Assembly (NCBI GenBank): GCA_039799905.1
Contig: JBDLRP010000041.1
Coordinates: forward strand, 32,001 to 96,000
DNA length: 64,000 nucleotides
Source of the DNA: Pseudomonadota bacterium
GTDB taxonomy: Bacteria > Bdellovibrionota_B > Oligoflexia > Silvanigrellales > Silvanigrellaceae
Direction: 5' to 3'
The notes beneath the pieces were generated by a model. It was given only the letters and a program-made list of their open reading frames with translations, was not told the DNA's origin and searched no databases. Made by a program: the position numbers and the translations under genes. Below, in pieces: positions 29,464 through 38,096 of the stretch (position 1 is its first letter; each line of letters begins with the position of its first letter).

Positions 29464-30558
29464 ATGTACAAATTAGGCTTGGTGCTTGTGTCTGTGTCCT
29501 TTGCAGCTTCCTCTGTTTCTTGTGGCAAAAAGAAAAACGGCGGCAACCCAATGGGCTTGGGCCAGCTTTATCTTCCGTTGAAAGAAACAGTACCCAAAGG
29601 ACTGGCGAGCGGCTCTGCAGCCGGCCTGACCTTTGCACCGAACATGAATTTAAATGCAGGCACCGCAGAACTCGCCGCACTCAAAAGCAGAATATTCAGT
29701 GCAGGCCCGACCGATTTCATGAAAACGATTAAGTCCGTCGACAGCCGACTCGCAGAACTGGACAAACGTCACCAAGAAGGCGCACGCAAATGCATTGGCG
29801 AAGAAGCCAAAGAATGGAAACTCAGCGGACTTCCGGATGCCAACGGCGGCATGACCGGAACTACCAGTTTCTGGTTTCAGTGCATTGAAACGTTGAATGT
29901 TTCCAACGTTTCACCAACAACAACTTTGAGCATCTACTTCGGCCGCAAAGACGGTTACTCTTATTTGGCTGAACTCAGCACAAACTCGGCACTGGGTGAG
30001 CCACCCACGATTGCAACGCTCGGAAAAGTAGATGATGCCAGCAACAAATCCGAAGTTTGGCAGATTCTTCTAACATCAGAGGCACAGACCGACGCCAGCA
30101 AGAGAAACTCTTTGTGGATGTACGTACTGGGCGACAAGACAACACAAAACTTCGAAATGGCTGTTGGTGGAACGGGCAAAATCGCATCCGAACCAAGTGC
30201 GTCGGAAGGACCTGTTTCCGGTGTGGGGTGCGGCATCCGAGTCAAGGCATCACCGACATACGTTTATGGAAGCGGCCGGTTTCATGAATCCGGAAGCGGT
30301 GACGGCAATGCGGGAACTTCTGCTGAGACTTGCGAAGACGCAGAGAAAACAGTCTGTGCATCGACAACCGACCTGCTGGCAGCGGACGCGACAAACTGCT
30401 CTTCTCTGACAACATTCGGAAATTCAATTCCAAAGCTGAGCTACACCCAGCTGAAGGGCAGCGAGGAAAGCAAAGCAGGCTACTCGCTCGGGCTCTCGAT
30501 TGTGAAAGCCACGGCAATGCCTGCGCTGACTTCGTTCAATGAAGAGGCCTCCAAATAA
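29464..30558 (+). CDS. Hypothetical lipoprotein
   Basis: Hydrophobic leader ending SVSC, followed by GKKK; six further cysteines in the mature part. Confidence 0.7.
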   Translation: MYKLGLVLVSVSFAASSVSCGKKKNGGNPMGLGQLYLPLKETVPKGLASGSAAGLTFAPNMNLNAGTAELAALKSRIFSAGPTDFMKTIKSVDSRLAELDKRHQEGARKCIGEEAKEWKLSGLPDANGGMTGTTSFWFQCIETLNVSNVSPTTTLSIYFGRKDGYSYLAELSTNSALGEPPTIATLGKVDDASNKSEVWQILLTSEAQTDASKRNSLWMYVLGDKTTQNFEMAVGGTGKIASEPSASEGPVSGVGCGIRVKASPTYVYGSGRFHESGSGDGNAGTSAETCEDAEKTVCASTTDLLAADATNCSSLTTFGNSIPKLSYTQLKGSEESKAGYSLGLSIVKATAMPALTSFNEEASK

Positions 30559-30587
30559 GGAGGCTCGCGCTGAACGCGCTTGCGAAT

Positions 30588-31727
30588 TCAGTTCGCCTTG
30601 GAAGGATTCGCGCTCAACCGCTCCAACTCACCTGCAATCGCCGAGGCCAAGTTCTGCGAACCGGCGATTTTCCGATTGTTAACGAAAAAGGTTGGAGTAC
30701 CGCTGACACCGACGGCAGAGAGCTTGGCGTTGGCGGCTTCAATACTTTTCTTGGAATCTTCTGAAGCCAGACAAGCCTCAAACTCCTGAACATTGATTCC
30801 TGCATCCTGAGCCGCCTTGATGGCGGTGTCTGCAAATGCCTTGTCGGTGTTCGGAGAAATCGGATTGGCAGCTTCCATAGGCACCGCGAAAGCCTTGTCG
30901 TGGAACTTCCAGAACTGATCGCTTCCCTGCTTTTGCGCGCAGTGTGCGCCGCGTGCAAGGTAACCACTCAGACCCGCAGGACGCAACGCAAAATTCGCCT
31001 GAACGAATTTAATCTTGTTGCCGTACTCCTTGACGATCTTTTCAACTTCTTCGACTGCAGAACGGCAATGCGAACATAGGTAGTCAGAAGCTTCAACTAC
31101 AACAACCTTGGCATTCTCCGCACCGCGGAAAGGAAGTCCACTCAAATCCAACTGAACGATTGGTGCGACCGGCGCTTTGAGCATGACTTTGAGGCGTCCC
31201 TTTTCCTCAAGCTTCGCAACTTCCTGACGAACCTGCTCGCCGCTCTGCTGGCCTTGCATGAACTGCTCAAGCTGCGGACGAACTTGCTCAAAAGTCGTGC
31301 CTGGCGGCAAGCTCTTTTGGTTCGCTTCAAAGAAGGCACGCATTTCCTCTTCTGTCACTTTGCGACCGTCAAGCAGCGTCTTCAGCTCGGGAAGAGATTT
31401 GGGATCTTTAACTTCAATCTTTTTGTCAGCAGCTAGAGCCATACGAAGGCCGACTTCCTTGACTGTCGCCAGAGTCGCTTCATGCAGCTGGCTCTGCATC
31501 TGAAAAAGCTGATCCTGCGTCTCGGACGGCAGGTCCTCGCGGGTGATCGAGCGGCCATCAACTTCAATCAGCGGAAGAACACCAGAGGAGAGTGCGTCAG
31601 TCGCGCTCGTTGTCGCTGCAGTAGTTCGCGGGGACCCCTTCATAACAACTGCCGATATACCGACCCCTGCCGCGAGTCCCAGACACACGCCACCGATCAA
31701 AAAACCCACTACTTTACCGTTCGACAT
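30588..31727 (-). CDS. DsbA/thioredoxin-fold protein with N-terminal membrane anchor and helical domain
   Basis: SDYLCSHC (CxxC), cis-Pro loop GVSGTPTFFVN, N-terminal TM helix. Confidence 0.88.
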   Translation of the reverse strand: MSNGKVVGFLIGGVCLGLAAGVGISAVVMKGSPRTTAATTSATDALSSGVLPLIEVDGRSITREDLPSETQDQLFQMQSQLHEATLATVKEVGLRMALAADKKIEVKDPKSLPELKTLLDGRKVTEEEMRAFFEANQKSLPPGTTFEQVRPQLEQFMQGQQSGEQVRQEVAKLEEKGRLKVMLKAPVAPIVQLDLSGLPFRGAENAKVVVVEASDYLCSHCRSAVEEVEKIVKEYGNKIKFVQANFALRPAGLSGYLARGAHCAQKQGSDQFWKFHDKAFAVPMEAANPISPNTDKAFADTAIKAAQDAGINVQEFEACLASEDSKKSIEAANAKLSAVGVSGTPTFFVNNRKIAGSQNLASAIAGELERLSANPSKAN

Positions 31728-31748
31728 ATCTTTCCTTTCTTAGAATCG

Positions 31749-32282
31749 TCACTCCGCCAGCTGAACTTCCCGATCGTCTGCAACCTCTGAATGTAGAGTG
31801 ATGACAAGACTTGGATGCAGGTTCATGACCGTTTGCGCAACAGTGTAAGGTAAAATTACGAATTCATCTACCAGTTCGCTGAGTCTGCCAATCGCCATTT
31901 TTCCCCGTGCGAGCATCTCTCTTTGCCACGGAGTGACCATCACCTTCCGAACAAACCTGCCGGATTCAAGAAAATAATATATCTCGGCAGCACGGCTCTC
32001 ATTGGCAGCATTGGATTTCATCAATTGCAGGCAGCGCAGATAATTTTCACGTTCCAACCGCTGCTGCTCACGAATCATGTTCAGCTCGCGATCGTGTTGC
32101 TGTTTCTCGAGGCGTTCACGCTCAATTTCGCGCAAATCAGCTTCACGCTGCGAAGCCACTTCATCAGCAACCGCTTTATTCTTTTTTGCCTGATGCTCTT
32201 TTTGCTTGGCCTGTGACTCTGCCTGTTTGGCCTGCTTTTTTGAAACAAGTCCTGCTTTCAAAAACTGATCACGAAGACTCAT
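31749..32282 (-). CDS. DUF2058 (YaiL-like) family protein
   Basis: N-terminal MSLRDQFLKAGLV motif, coiled coil, YYF...VRK...LARGKMAI; ATG at 32282. Confidence 0.75.
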   Translation of the reverse strand: MSLRDQFLKAGLVSKKQAKQAESQAKQKEHQAKKNKAVADEVASQREADLREIERERLEKQQHDRELNMIREQQRLERENYLRCLQLMKSNAANESRAAEIYYFLESGRFVRKVMVTPWQREMLARGKMAIGRLSELVDEFVILPYTVAQTVMNLHPSLVITLHSEVADDREVQLAE

Positions 32283-32495
32283 GGGACTGCCCCTCGGTAA
32301 ATTTCTGAACTGAGAGTTAAAGCACACTCGCAAAGTTGATGGTAGACTCTGCATATAGTGCCAACAAACGAGCGTAAGCACTATATCTAGAGGTTGTTCC
32401 ATTTCGACCGGCAAATAAAATTTATTTTCAAAAAATACAATTTAACACAGTTAATACGGATGTTTATGAAAATTCCTTCTTGCAAGAAAATCGAC

Positions 32496-32518
32496 TTATC
32501 CACATATTTGGTGGATAA
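32496..32518. promoter_or_regulatory. Inverted pair of DnaA-box-like sites
   Basis: TTATCCACA (perfect) at 32496-32504 and GGTGGATAA (reverse strand TTATCCACC, one mismatch) at 32510-32518, in a divergent intergenic region. Confidence 0.5.
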
Positions 32519-32661
32519 CCCGCCAAAAGTCGCACGGTTTGTCCTTGATATTTACATCTCTGTGCGTTTTGCCCCCTAAAGTTGCAGCACTAATTGCTTG
32601 CAAACGACTGATAAGATGAGAGACTTGTGACACAGGCAAATCATCATTTGCAGGGGCTTCA

Positions 32662-33174
32662 ATGAACCATCCGAGCGTCTTGAATTACGAGAAATTACAA
32701 ATCCGCCTTGAAGGTGATCCAAATGATTGTCTGACCTTGCTCGTAGATGGCGAGATCCACGAAAACTTCAAAGCCAAACTTGTTCCGATTCCAGAGGCCA
32801 AATCCTACCTCATCAACTTGGCAGGATTGCGATCAATCAACTCACTGGGAATTCGTGAATGGTCGACGTTTATGAATGCTATTTGCCAACGTGCAACAGT
32901 CACTCTTGAAGACTGTTCCGTTGTGTTCATCGACCAGGCGAACATCGTTCCGCAGATCCTTGCCAAAGCAAAGGTCACCTCGTTCTTTGCTCCCTATTTC
33001 TGCCCACAGTGCAATCTCGAACTCAACTGCAAATTGTCGGTAGTCACACACCGCAAACGTCTTTCGGAACGGCGTGCGCCTCAACTGATACACAGCTGTG
33101 GCTCTGAACTGCAGTTTGATGCTCTCGAGGAAAGCTACTTCGCACAGGCCGACAGGCTGCTGGCAGACAAATGA
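32662..33174 (+). CDS. STAS-like domain protein with C-terminal putative Zn ribbon
   Basis: LINLAGLRSINSLGIREW (STAS-like, with conserved Ser); YFCPQC...HSC. Confidence 0.65.
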   Translation: MNHPSVLNYEKLQIRLEGDPNDCLTLLVDGEIHENFKAKLVPIPEAKSYLINLAGLRSINSLGIREWSTFMNAICQRATVTLEDCSVVFIDQANIVPQILAKAKVTSFFAPYFCPQCNLELNCKLSVVTHRKRLSERRAPQLIHSCGSELQFDALEESYFAQADRLLADK

Positions 33175-34010
33175 AAACATCGGAACAGAAAATCTATGGG
33201 CGCAACGCTTGCATCGCATTTGCAAAGAAAAACTCCGATGCGGTGATTCGAGCCTACTGCACGGAATCGACTCAACCTGCGCTCGGATTCCTCCTCAAGA
33301 AGTTGGCTCAGAGCAAACGCGCATATCACATTGTTTCAACTGAGGACCTCAGCAAAATCTCGGAAAGCGAACACCACGAGGGTATGATGCTGCTTGTCCA
33401 CAGGCAGGAGGCCGGCTCAGAATCAACGCTGCTACTGAATGCCTCCCGCCGTCGTGGCAAGCCCGAGCTGCTCTTGTGTTTGGATGGTATTTCGAATCCG
33501 CATAACCTTGGCTCCATCGTCAGAACGGCTGCTCATTTCGGAATTCAAGATATCGTATTGATGAATATTGCAGATGAGCAAATCAAAGGTCTTCTCTCAG
33601 GATCCTATCACCGGACGGCAGAAGGCGGAGCTGTCCACTGCAGTATCTCAATAAGCAAAGATCCCTGCCAATTTTTGCAGACTCTGCGAACCGAATGCGG
33701 CTTCAGCGTGGCGGTCACTTCAAGTCATTCAGGAACATCCGCTCTGCACTCAACAAGACTGCCCGAGCGACTCGCTTTGGTGCTGGGTTCCGAAACACAC
33801 GGCGTCAGTCAGGACATCTTGAAAATGGCCCAACTGAAAATTGCCATCAGCGGAACTGGCCACGTAGAGAGTCTCAACGTGGCCAGTGCATGCGCTATTT
33901 TGCTGAATGAATTTGCTCGGCAATCTCAGCGCGGCCGATTTCCTGCCGGCTCACCCAGTAAACCAACACGAACTGCGCGTGCGTTGGGAAGGAAACGCAG
34001 CGGGTCCTGA
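33171..34010 (+). CDS. TrmH/SpoU family RNA 2'-O-methyltransferase
   Basis: IYGRNA, HHEG, LDGISNPHNLGSIVRTA, LGSE.HGV, VESLNVASA. Confidence 0.92.
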   Translation: MKTSEQKIYGRNACIAFAKKNSDAVIRAYCTESTQPALGFLLKKLAQSKRAYHIVSTEDLSKISESEHHEGMMLLVHRQEAGSESTLLLNASRRRGKPELLLCLDGISNPHNLGSIVRTAAHFGIQDIVLMNIADEQIKGLLSGSYHRTAEGGAVHCSISISKDPCQFLQTLRTECGFSVAVTSSHSGTSALHSTRLPERLALVLGSETHGVSQDILKMAQLKIAISGTGHVESLNVASACAILLNEFARQSQRGRFPAGSPSKPTRTARALGRKRSGS

Positions 34011-34681
34011 GGCACACCCCCAGACACGCGTGTTTCAAAATGAAGATGATAACCGGTCGCACGACCTGTGCGTCCGACGTACCCAAGCAGTTCACCCGCA
34101 CGAACAAACTGCCCCTCGCGAACGGCAAGCCTTAGCATGTGTGCATAAAGCGTCTGGGTGTCCTGCTCATGGCCAACGATTGCCACAACACCATAGGCTC
34201 GCTTTCTTTTTGCAAGCAAAACTTGTCCGTCAGCGGCAGCAAGAATCGGGTCGCCCTTGAGGCCTTTAATGTCGACTCCGGCATGCAGACGTCCGCGCCG
34301 CATTCCGAACGGGCTAGTGATGTTGCCGTCAAGCGGCCAGCTGAGGTCGACGGGAAAAATGTTTTTCAACGGGCTGCCAGCCGAAAAACCGTTGGCAGGC
34401 ATTTCGATCGCTACGTCAAAGTCGTCGGCCGCTTCAGAACTTTCATCAGCGGCATCATGACCATTCGCTTTTTCGGCCGAAGCCTGATCATCAAATCCAA
34501 AAAACCTGCTCTCAACCTGACGCTGGCGCGACAAGAACACAGGATCCAGCTGCACGACTTCCGACGACTCCGCAATAGATCCGCGCAGAAACAATTCAGA
34601 AGACTCGCGCTTCGCGATACAGCCGACGGTCGCAAGTAACGCAGCCGACAGCAGGCATCTACTCACACGAAGAGAAAACAT
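33926..34681 (-). CDS. M23 family peptidoglycan metallopeptidase (lipoprotein)
   Basis: Lipobox TVGC; WPLDG.ITSPFG, HAGVD (HxxxD), YAHM, TGYHLHFE (HxH). Confidence 0.92.
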   Translation of the reverse strand: MFSLRVSRCLLSAALLATVGCIAKRESSELFLRGSIAESSEVVQLDPVFLSRQRQVESRFFGFDDQASAEKANGHDAADESSEAADDFDVAIEMPANGFSAGSPLKNIFPVDLSWPLDGNITSPFGMRRGRLHAGVDIKGLKGDPILAAADGQVLLAKRKRAYGVVAIVGHEQDTQTLYAHMLRLAVREGQFVRAGELLGYVGRTGRATGYHLHFETRVSGGVPQDPLRFLPNARAVRVGLLGEPAGNRPR

Positions 34682-34750
34682 GAAACACTCCCGAAATCTG
34701 GACAGCTGCGCTCACAGAGGGACTTGTTGTTGCAAGTTCCTCTGCATAAG

Positions 34751-34914
34751 ACTGCGATGTTCTCGGATGAGTTTTCCGCAGACTTAACCGGCCGCCGTCA
34801 AACTAGGTACACACACACCAAGGTTCGGACAGGTTCCGCCTTGGTTGCTCGGTCAATACTAAAACCCTAGTCTGTTTCTCCGGCTGATGCAACCCAACGA
34901 ATGGACTGCAATTT
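34751..34914 (-). ncRNA. Candidate rod-shaped structured RNA (6S-like or leader of the M23 gene)
   Basis: Nested helices on the minus strand: AUUGC/GCAGU, UUCgUUGGGU/AUCCGAGAA, AGCCGG/CCGGUU, CAGACUAGG/CCUAGUUUG, ACCAAGG/CCUUGGU, CGGA/UCCG. The five non-WC positions are G-U on the minus strand. A promoter lies upstream and a hairpin downstream (34715-34744). Confidence 0.5.
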
Positions 34915-34920
34915 TGGTCG

Positions 34921-34950
34921 GTTATAATTTTTTGGCGGCAGAGAACGCAA
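34921..34950 (-). promoter_or_regulatory. Sigma70-like promoter upstream of the RNA candidate and M23 gene
   Basis: Minus strand TTGCGT-N18-TATAAC; the predicted start site (~34914) coincides with the 5' end of the rod structure. Confidence 0.4.
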
Positions 34951-34996
34951 ACACACCGTCTGTCAAGTCGGCACTTTTGCTAAATAAAAAGACAAT

Positions 34997-36967
34997 TTAC
35001 GTACTGGGAGTGAACACGAAAGGATACGTAACTGATACCTGTCCGCCGCCGCGCGGTAGAGGGAATTTCCAGCGCTTGATTTCGGATGCGATGCACGTCT
35101 CGGTCGGACCGTCTCCCAAGTCACTTTGGGAGATGGAAGCTGTTGAGACACGCCCGTCGGGACTGATGACAAACTTGGACATGACACGCCCCTGCAGTCC
35201 GCGCTTGGCCTGCAGCCGACGTTCATAACAAGCTTTAATCTTTGCCAGATTAGCGCGAATAACAGCCTCGATTTCTTCTTTGGACAAGTTTCCTTCCAAA
35301 ACGCTGTCACCTGCGGGAGCGGATACAGAACCGACACGGATCTTGCCGCCACCGCCGCTGTCTCTGCGTCCTCCGGCGCCATTGCCGCCACTTCCGAATC
35401 CTCCGGCTCCGAGTCCCTTCAGGGCATCGCCTGGGCCACCGGCAGAAATTGAGTTTCCTTCTCCGATTCCACCCAGTCCCATACTGCCGCGCTTGCCGCT
35501 GCCACTGCCGCCACCGAGTCCGCCGCCGTTGGCCTTCACTCCAATCGCGATTTTGCCGGCACCTTCCGCATTGATCGTTTTACCAATGTCACTGCCCAGC
35601 GCGTCGAGATTCAACCCGCCCAATTCGTCCTTCTTTCCGCCTTCGACGCCCATCATGCTGTTTTTGTCGTTGCCCTGCCGCTGGCCGGCAAATGCACCGG
35701 ACGTGCCGCCCTTGGGACCTCCGCTGTTGCCCGCATTGCCTTTATTTTGTGGCCCCAGAAAAGGGTCTTTCGTCTTGGGCTTTTCTCCTGTGACCGGACC
35801 TTGATTTTTGGCAGGAGCCTCTGGTTTCGGTGTTGCTCTTTGCACATTGGTCGGAGGCACAGGTTTTGGAGTTCCCACGGGCTTTGGCGGCTCGGTGGGC
35901 TTTGGTTTCGGAGGAGGCGTGCTCTTCTTTTCAGGAGCTGGTGTTTTGATTGCGACCGTCGGTTTTGGTGCCGGCGGCTCAGCTTTATCAGTTGGTTTTG
36001 GAGTCGGAGTTCGAACGGTAAATTGGGTTGCCCATGCCTCGTCATCTGCATTCTCTTGCGGTGGATTGTTTGCGTTTGCAATACCAATAAGCAAGGCGAG
36101 AATTAGATAGAGCGCACTGGCATAGGCAAAAATGACAGGTTTGCCATCCAGATCGTCAATCTTGCGCAAAACAGGATTAGGAAGAGAAACACGGGTAAGA
36201 AAGTAACTGATCGTGCCATGCTGAATCAGAGCCATATCATTGGCCGACAACTGAACTTCAGCGGGTCCTTTCATCTGTTCAAAGCGAGCTCCGCGACGGA
36301 TACGAGCGCGCATTTCATCATTCAAATAGACGACTGCCTTGGACCCCTTGACGTCGGCCAGCTTCAGGTTGCGGGTGTTGGCCTTCGGTCCGACACCGAT
36401 GAGTTCGCCATCGTGCTCATTTCCGAGAATCACCTTATTACTGCGCGGCTCATCTCCGGCAATTTGTTCGCCCCCATAATGACGAACATCCAAAATACTT
36501 TGATCCCAGAAAGCAACCACTTCAAGGGTTGAACCGGTGCGGCGATCCTTTTCGGCGGTGAACAAAACCCGACCGTTGGAGACCCGCCCAGGCTGAGCCT
36601 TACCATCCTCGCCGCGCGCGTCTGCGCCGCCATCTTTTGAGTCATTCTTGGCGGCTGTAGAATCGGCAGCCGTTTGAACCTCGATTGTGGCGTCACCAAT
36701 CGAAAGTTTGTCGCCCACCTTTATATTGGCGCTGACGTCGATGCGTCTGCCGTTGAGCAAAACGCCAATCTCGCTGGCCATGTCGATGACAGAGCTCACA
36801 CCCGTCTCGGGGTCGATTTCGATCATGGCATGAATGGGCTCGACAGCACCATCAGATAAAACGAGGTGATTGTTAGTTAATCGGCCGATGATGATCTGAC
36901 CCGACTCCAGAACAACTGAATTCGGGTAACCCGTCATGACCTTGTTGGCGACAAGCAATAGAGCCAT
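34997..36967 (-). CDS. gltG: GltG/PglI(AgmX)-like protein: FHA, TM, Pro/Gly-rich linker, TonB-C-like domain
   Basis: FHA motif IIIGR...VEPIHAMI...GVLLNG; TM helix FAYASALYLILALLIGI; C-terminal IKACYER...G.V...F.I..DGRV...CI...IKRWKFP.P.GG..V.V.YPF.F. Confidence 0.85.
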   Translation of the reverse strand: MALLLVANKVMTGYPNSVVLESGQIIIGRLTNNHLVLSDGAVEPIHAMIEIDPETGVSSVIDMASEIGVLLNGRRIDVSANIKVGDKLSIGDATIEVQTAADSTAAKNDSKDGGADARGEDGKAQPGRVSNGRVLFTAEKDRRTGSTLEVVAFWDQSILDVRHYGGEQIAGDEPRSNKVILGNEHDGELIGVGPKANTRNLKLADVKGSKAVVYLNDEMRARIRRGARFEQMKGPAEVQLSANDMALIQHGTISYFLTRVSLPNPVLRKIDDLDGKPVIFAYASALYLILALLIGIANANNPPQENADDEAWATQFTVRTPTPKPTDKAEPPAPKPTVAIKTPAPEKKSTPPPKPKPTEPPKPVGTPKPVPPTNVQRATPKPEAPAKNQGPVTGEKPKTKDPFLGPQNKGNAGNSGGPKGGTSGAFAGQRQGNDKNSMMGVEGGKKDELGGLNLDALGSDIGKTINAEGAGKIAIGVKANGGGLGGGSGSGKRGSMGLGGIGEGNSISAGGPGDALKGLGAGGFGSGGNGAGGRRDSGGGGKIRVGSVSAPAGDSVLEGNLSKEEIEAVIRANLAKIKACYERRLQAKRGLQGRVMSKFVISPDGRVSTASISQSDLGDGPTETCIASEIKRWKFPLPRGGGQVSVTYPFVFTPST

Positions 36968-36983
36968 AAATCAGATCCCCTCG

Positions 36984-38096
36984 TCATTCAGCCGTTGCAG
37001 GTTCAGATTTTTCACCTTCAGCCGGAGCTTGTGCGGCTCCTGCAGCGGGCGCCGGTTTGGCCTTGGCAGCTTCAGCACGCGCTGCCTCTTCCAAGTTTTG
37101 CAACTTGCCGAGTAGGCCGCGCGCACGCGCGTCCAAATCGACATTTGCGCCCGGCGATTCGTTGTATTTCTCCAAAAGTGCGATTGCGTCCTTGCGCTTG
37201 GACGGAATCTGGCTGGTCGCAAGCGCAAGATTCCAGAGAGCACGCCTGTCATTGGGACGGGCACGCTGCACGGCCTTGAGATACTCAACAGCTTCGTCAG
37301 GCTTGCCCGCAAGCCGGTGTGCAATTCCCAATGCCGCCTTGACGTTGAGATTGTTGTTTGCAGAGTCTTTGAGTTTGTTCAGCTGGCTCAGCGCGCCTTC
37401 GTGGTCGCCCGCACGCAAAGAGAAAAAAGTGAGTGTCAGAATTGCGGGTTCATAATTCAGTTTTGCTGCCTCACGGAAAGCTGCCATCGCAAGAACTGTC
37501 TTCTTCTGCGTGTAGAACATCAAACCGCGGGCATGCAAAACGCCGGCGGCAACTTTGTCTTTCCCGCGCCCAACAGCATCTGCGTTATCAAGCAGATATT
37601 GCACCATTCCGTAATCCCGCCGCAAAAGCGCGGTGTATGCGCATTCAATAAGAATCCAAGGGTCGCGCGATGAGGCTGTTGATCCACGCTTTTCCAAAAC
37701 GCTCAAAAAGTCGCGGCTGCTTCCGGAAAGTCGGCGGAAAACCAAATAAGAAATCAAAATTCCGCCATCGTCATTCCGCTCGCGGATGCCCTGCTCCAAC
37801 TCGCGCAGAACATCTTCGAGACGCGGCTGCTGCAGTTGTCCGGCAAAGGTTTCTTCATTTGCAAATGTCGTGGTGACAAAGCCAACTCCGGACTGTGGGG
37901 ATGACGAACTTTTCGCCGCAGGAGCAGCAGCGGAGTTTTTGTCATTCGAAGGTTGCTTGGAACGGGCCGACTTGCCGTTGTCGCTTGCTGCTGCCTGCTG
38001 TTTATCTTGGCTACTGCCACCAGTCGAAGCACAGCCCGCTGACAAAACGGCGAGCGCCAATATCGGTAAAGTCATGATCCTGCTGACGAGGTACAT
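36984..38096 (-). CDS. gltE: TPR lipoprotein, GltE/AglT-like
   Basis: Lipobox SAGC and TPR-like helices; position between gltD-like and gltG-like genes. Confidence 0.65.
   Translation of the reverse strand: MYLVSRIMTLPILALAVLSAGCASTGGSSQDKQQAAASDNGKSARSKQPSNDKNSAAAPAAKSSSSPQSGVGFVTTTFANEETFAGQLQQPRLEDVLRELEQGIRERNDDGGILISYLVFRRLSGSSRDFLSVLEKRGSTASSRDPWILIECAYTALLRRDYGMVQYLLDNADAVGRGKDKVAAGVLHARGLMFYTQKKTVLAMAAFREAAKLNYEPAILTLTFFSLRAGDHEGALSQLNKLKDSANNNLNVKAALGIAHRLAGKPDEAVEYLKAVQRARPNDRRALWNLALATSQIPSKRKDAIALLEKYNESPGANVDLDARARGLLGKLQNLEEAARAEAAKAKPAPAAGAAQAPAEGEKSEPATAE

Noticed and set aside
30547..30564. Hairpin GCCTCC-AAATAA-GGAGGC as a terminator
   Set aside because: Only a 6-bp stem and no U-tract on either strand.
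32283..32661. Chromosomal origin (oriC) call
   Set aside because: Only two or three boxes and no dnaA/dnaN/gidA context; kept as a regulatory candidate only.
33926..34010. 85-bp convergent overlap of the TrmH and M23 genes as a regulatory feature
   Set aside because: Both overlapping tails lie outside the conserved domains and look like incidental stop-codon drift.
34751..34914. SRP RNA, c-di-GMP or c-di-AMP riboswitch identity for the structured RNA
   Set aside because: I could not find the SRP CAGG-GNRA-AGCA loop, the c-di-GMP-I GCAAA/GNRA core, or the ydaO GCUGAA/CAGCUAAC elements.
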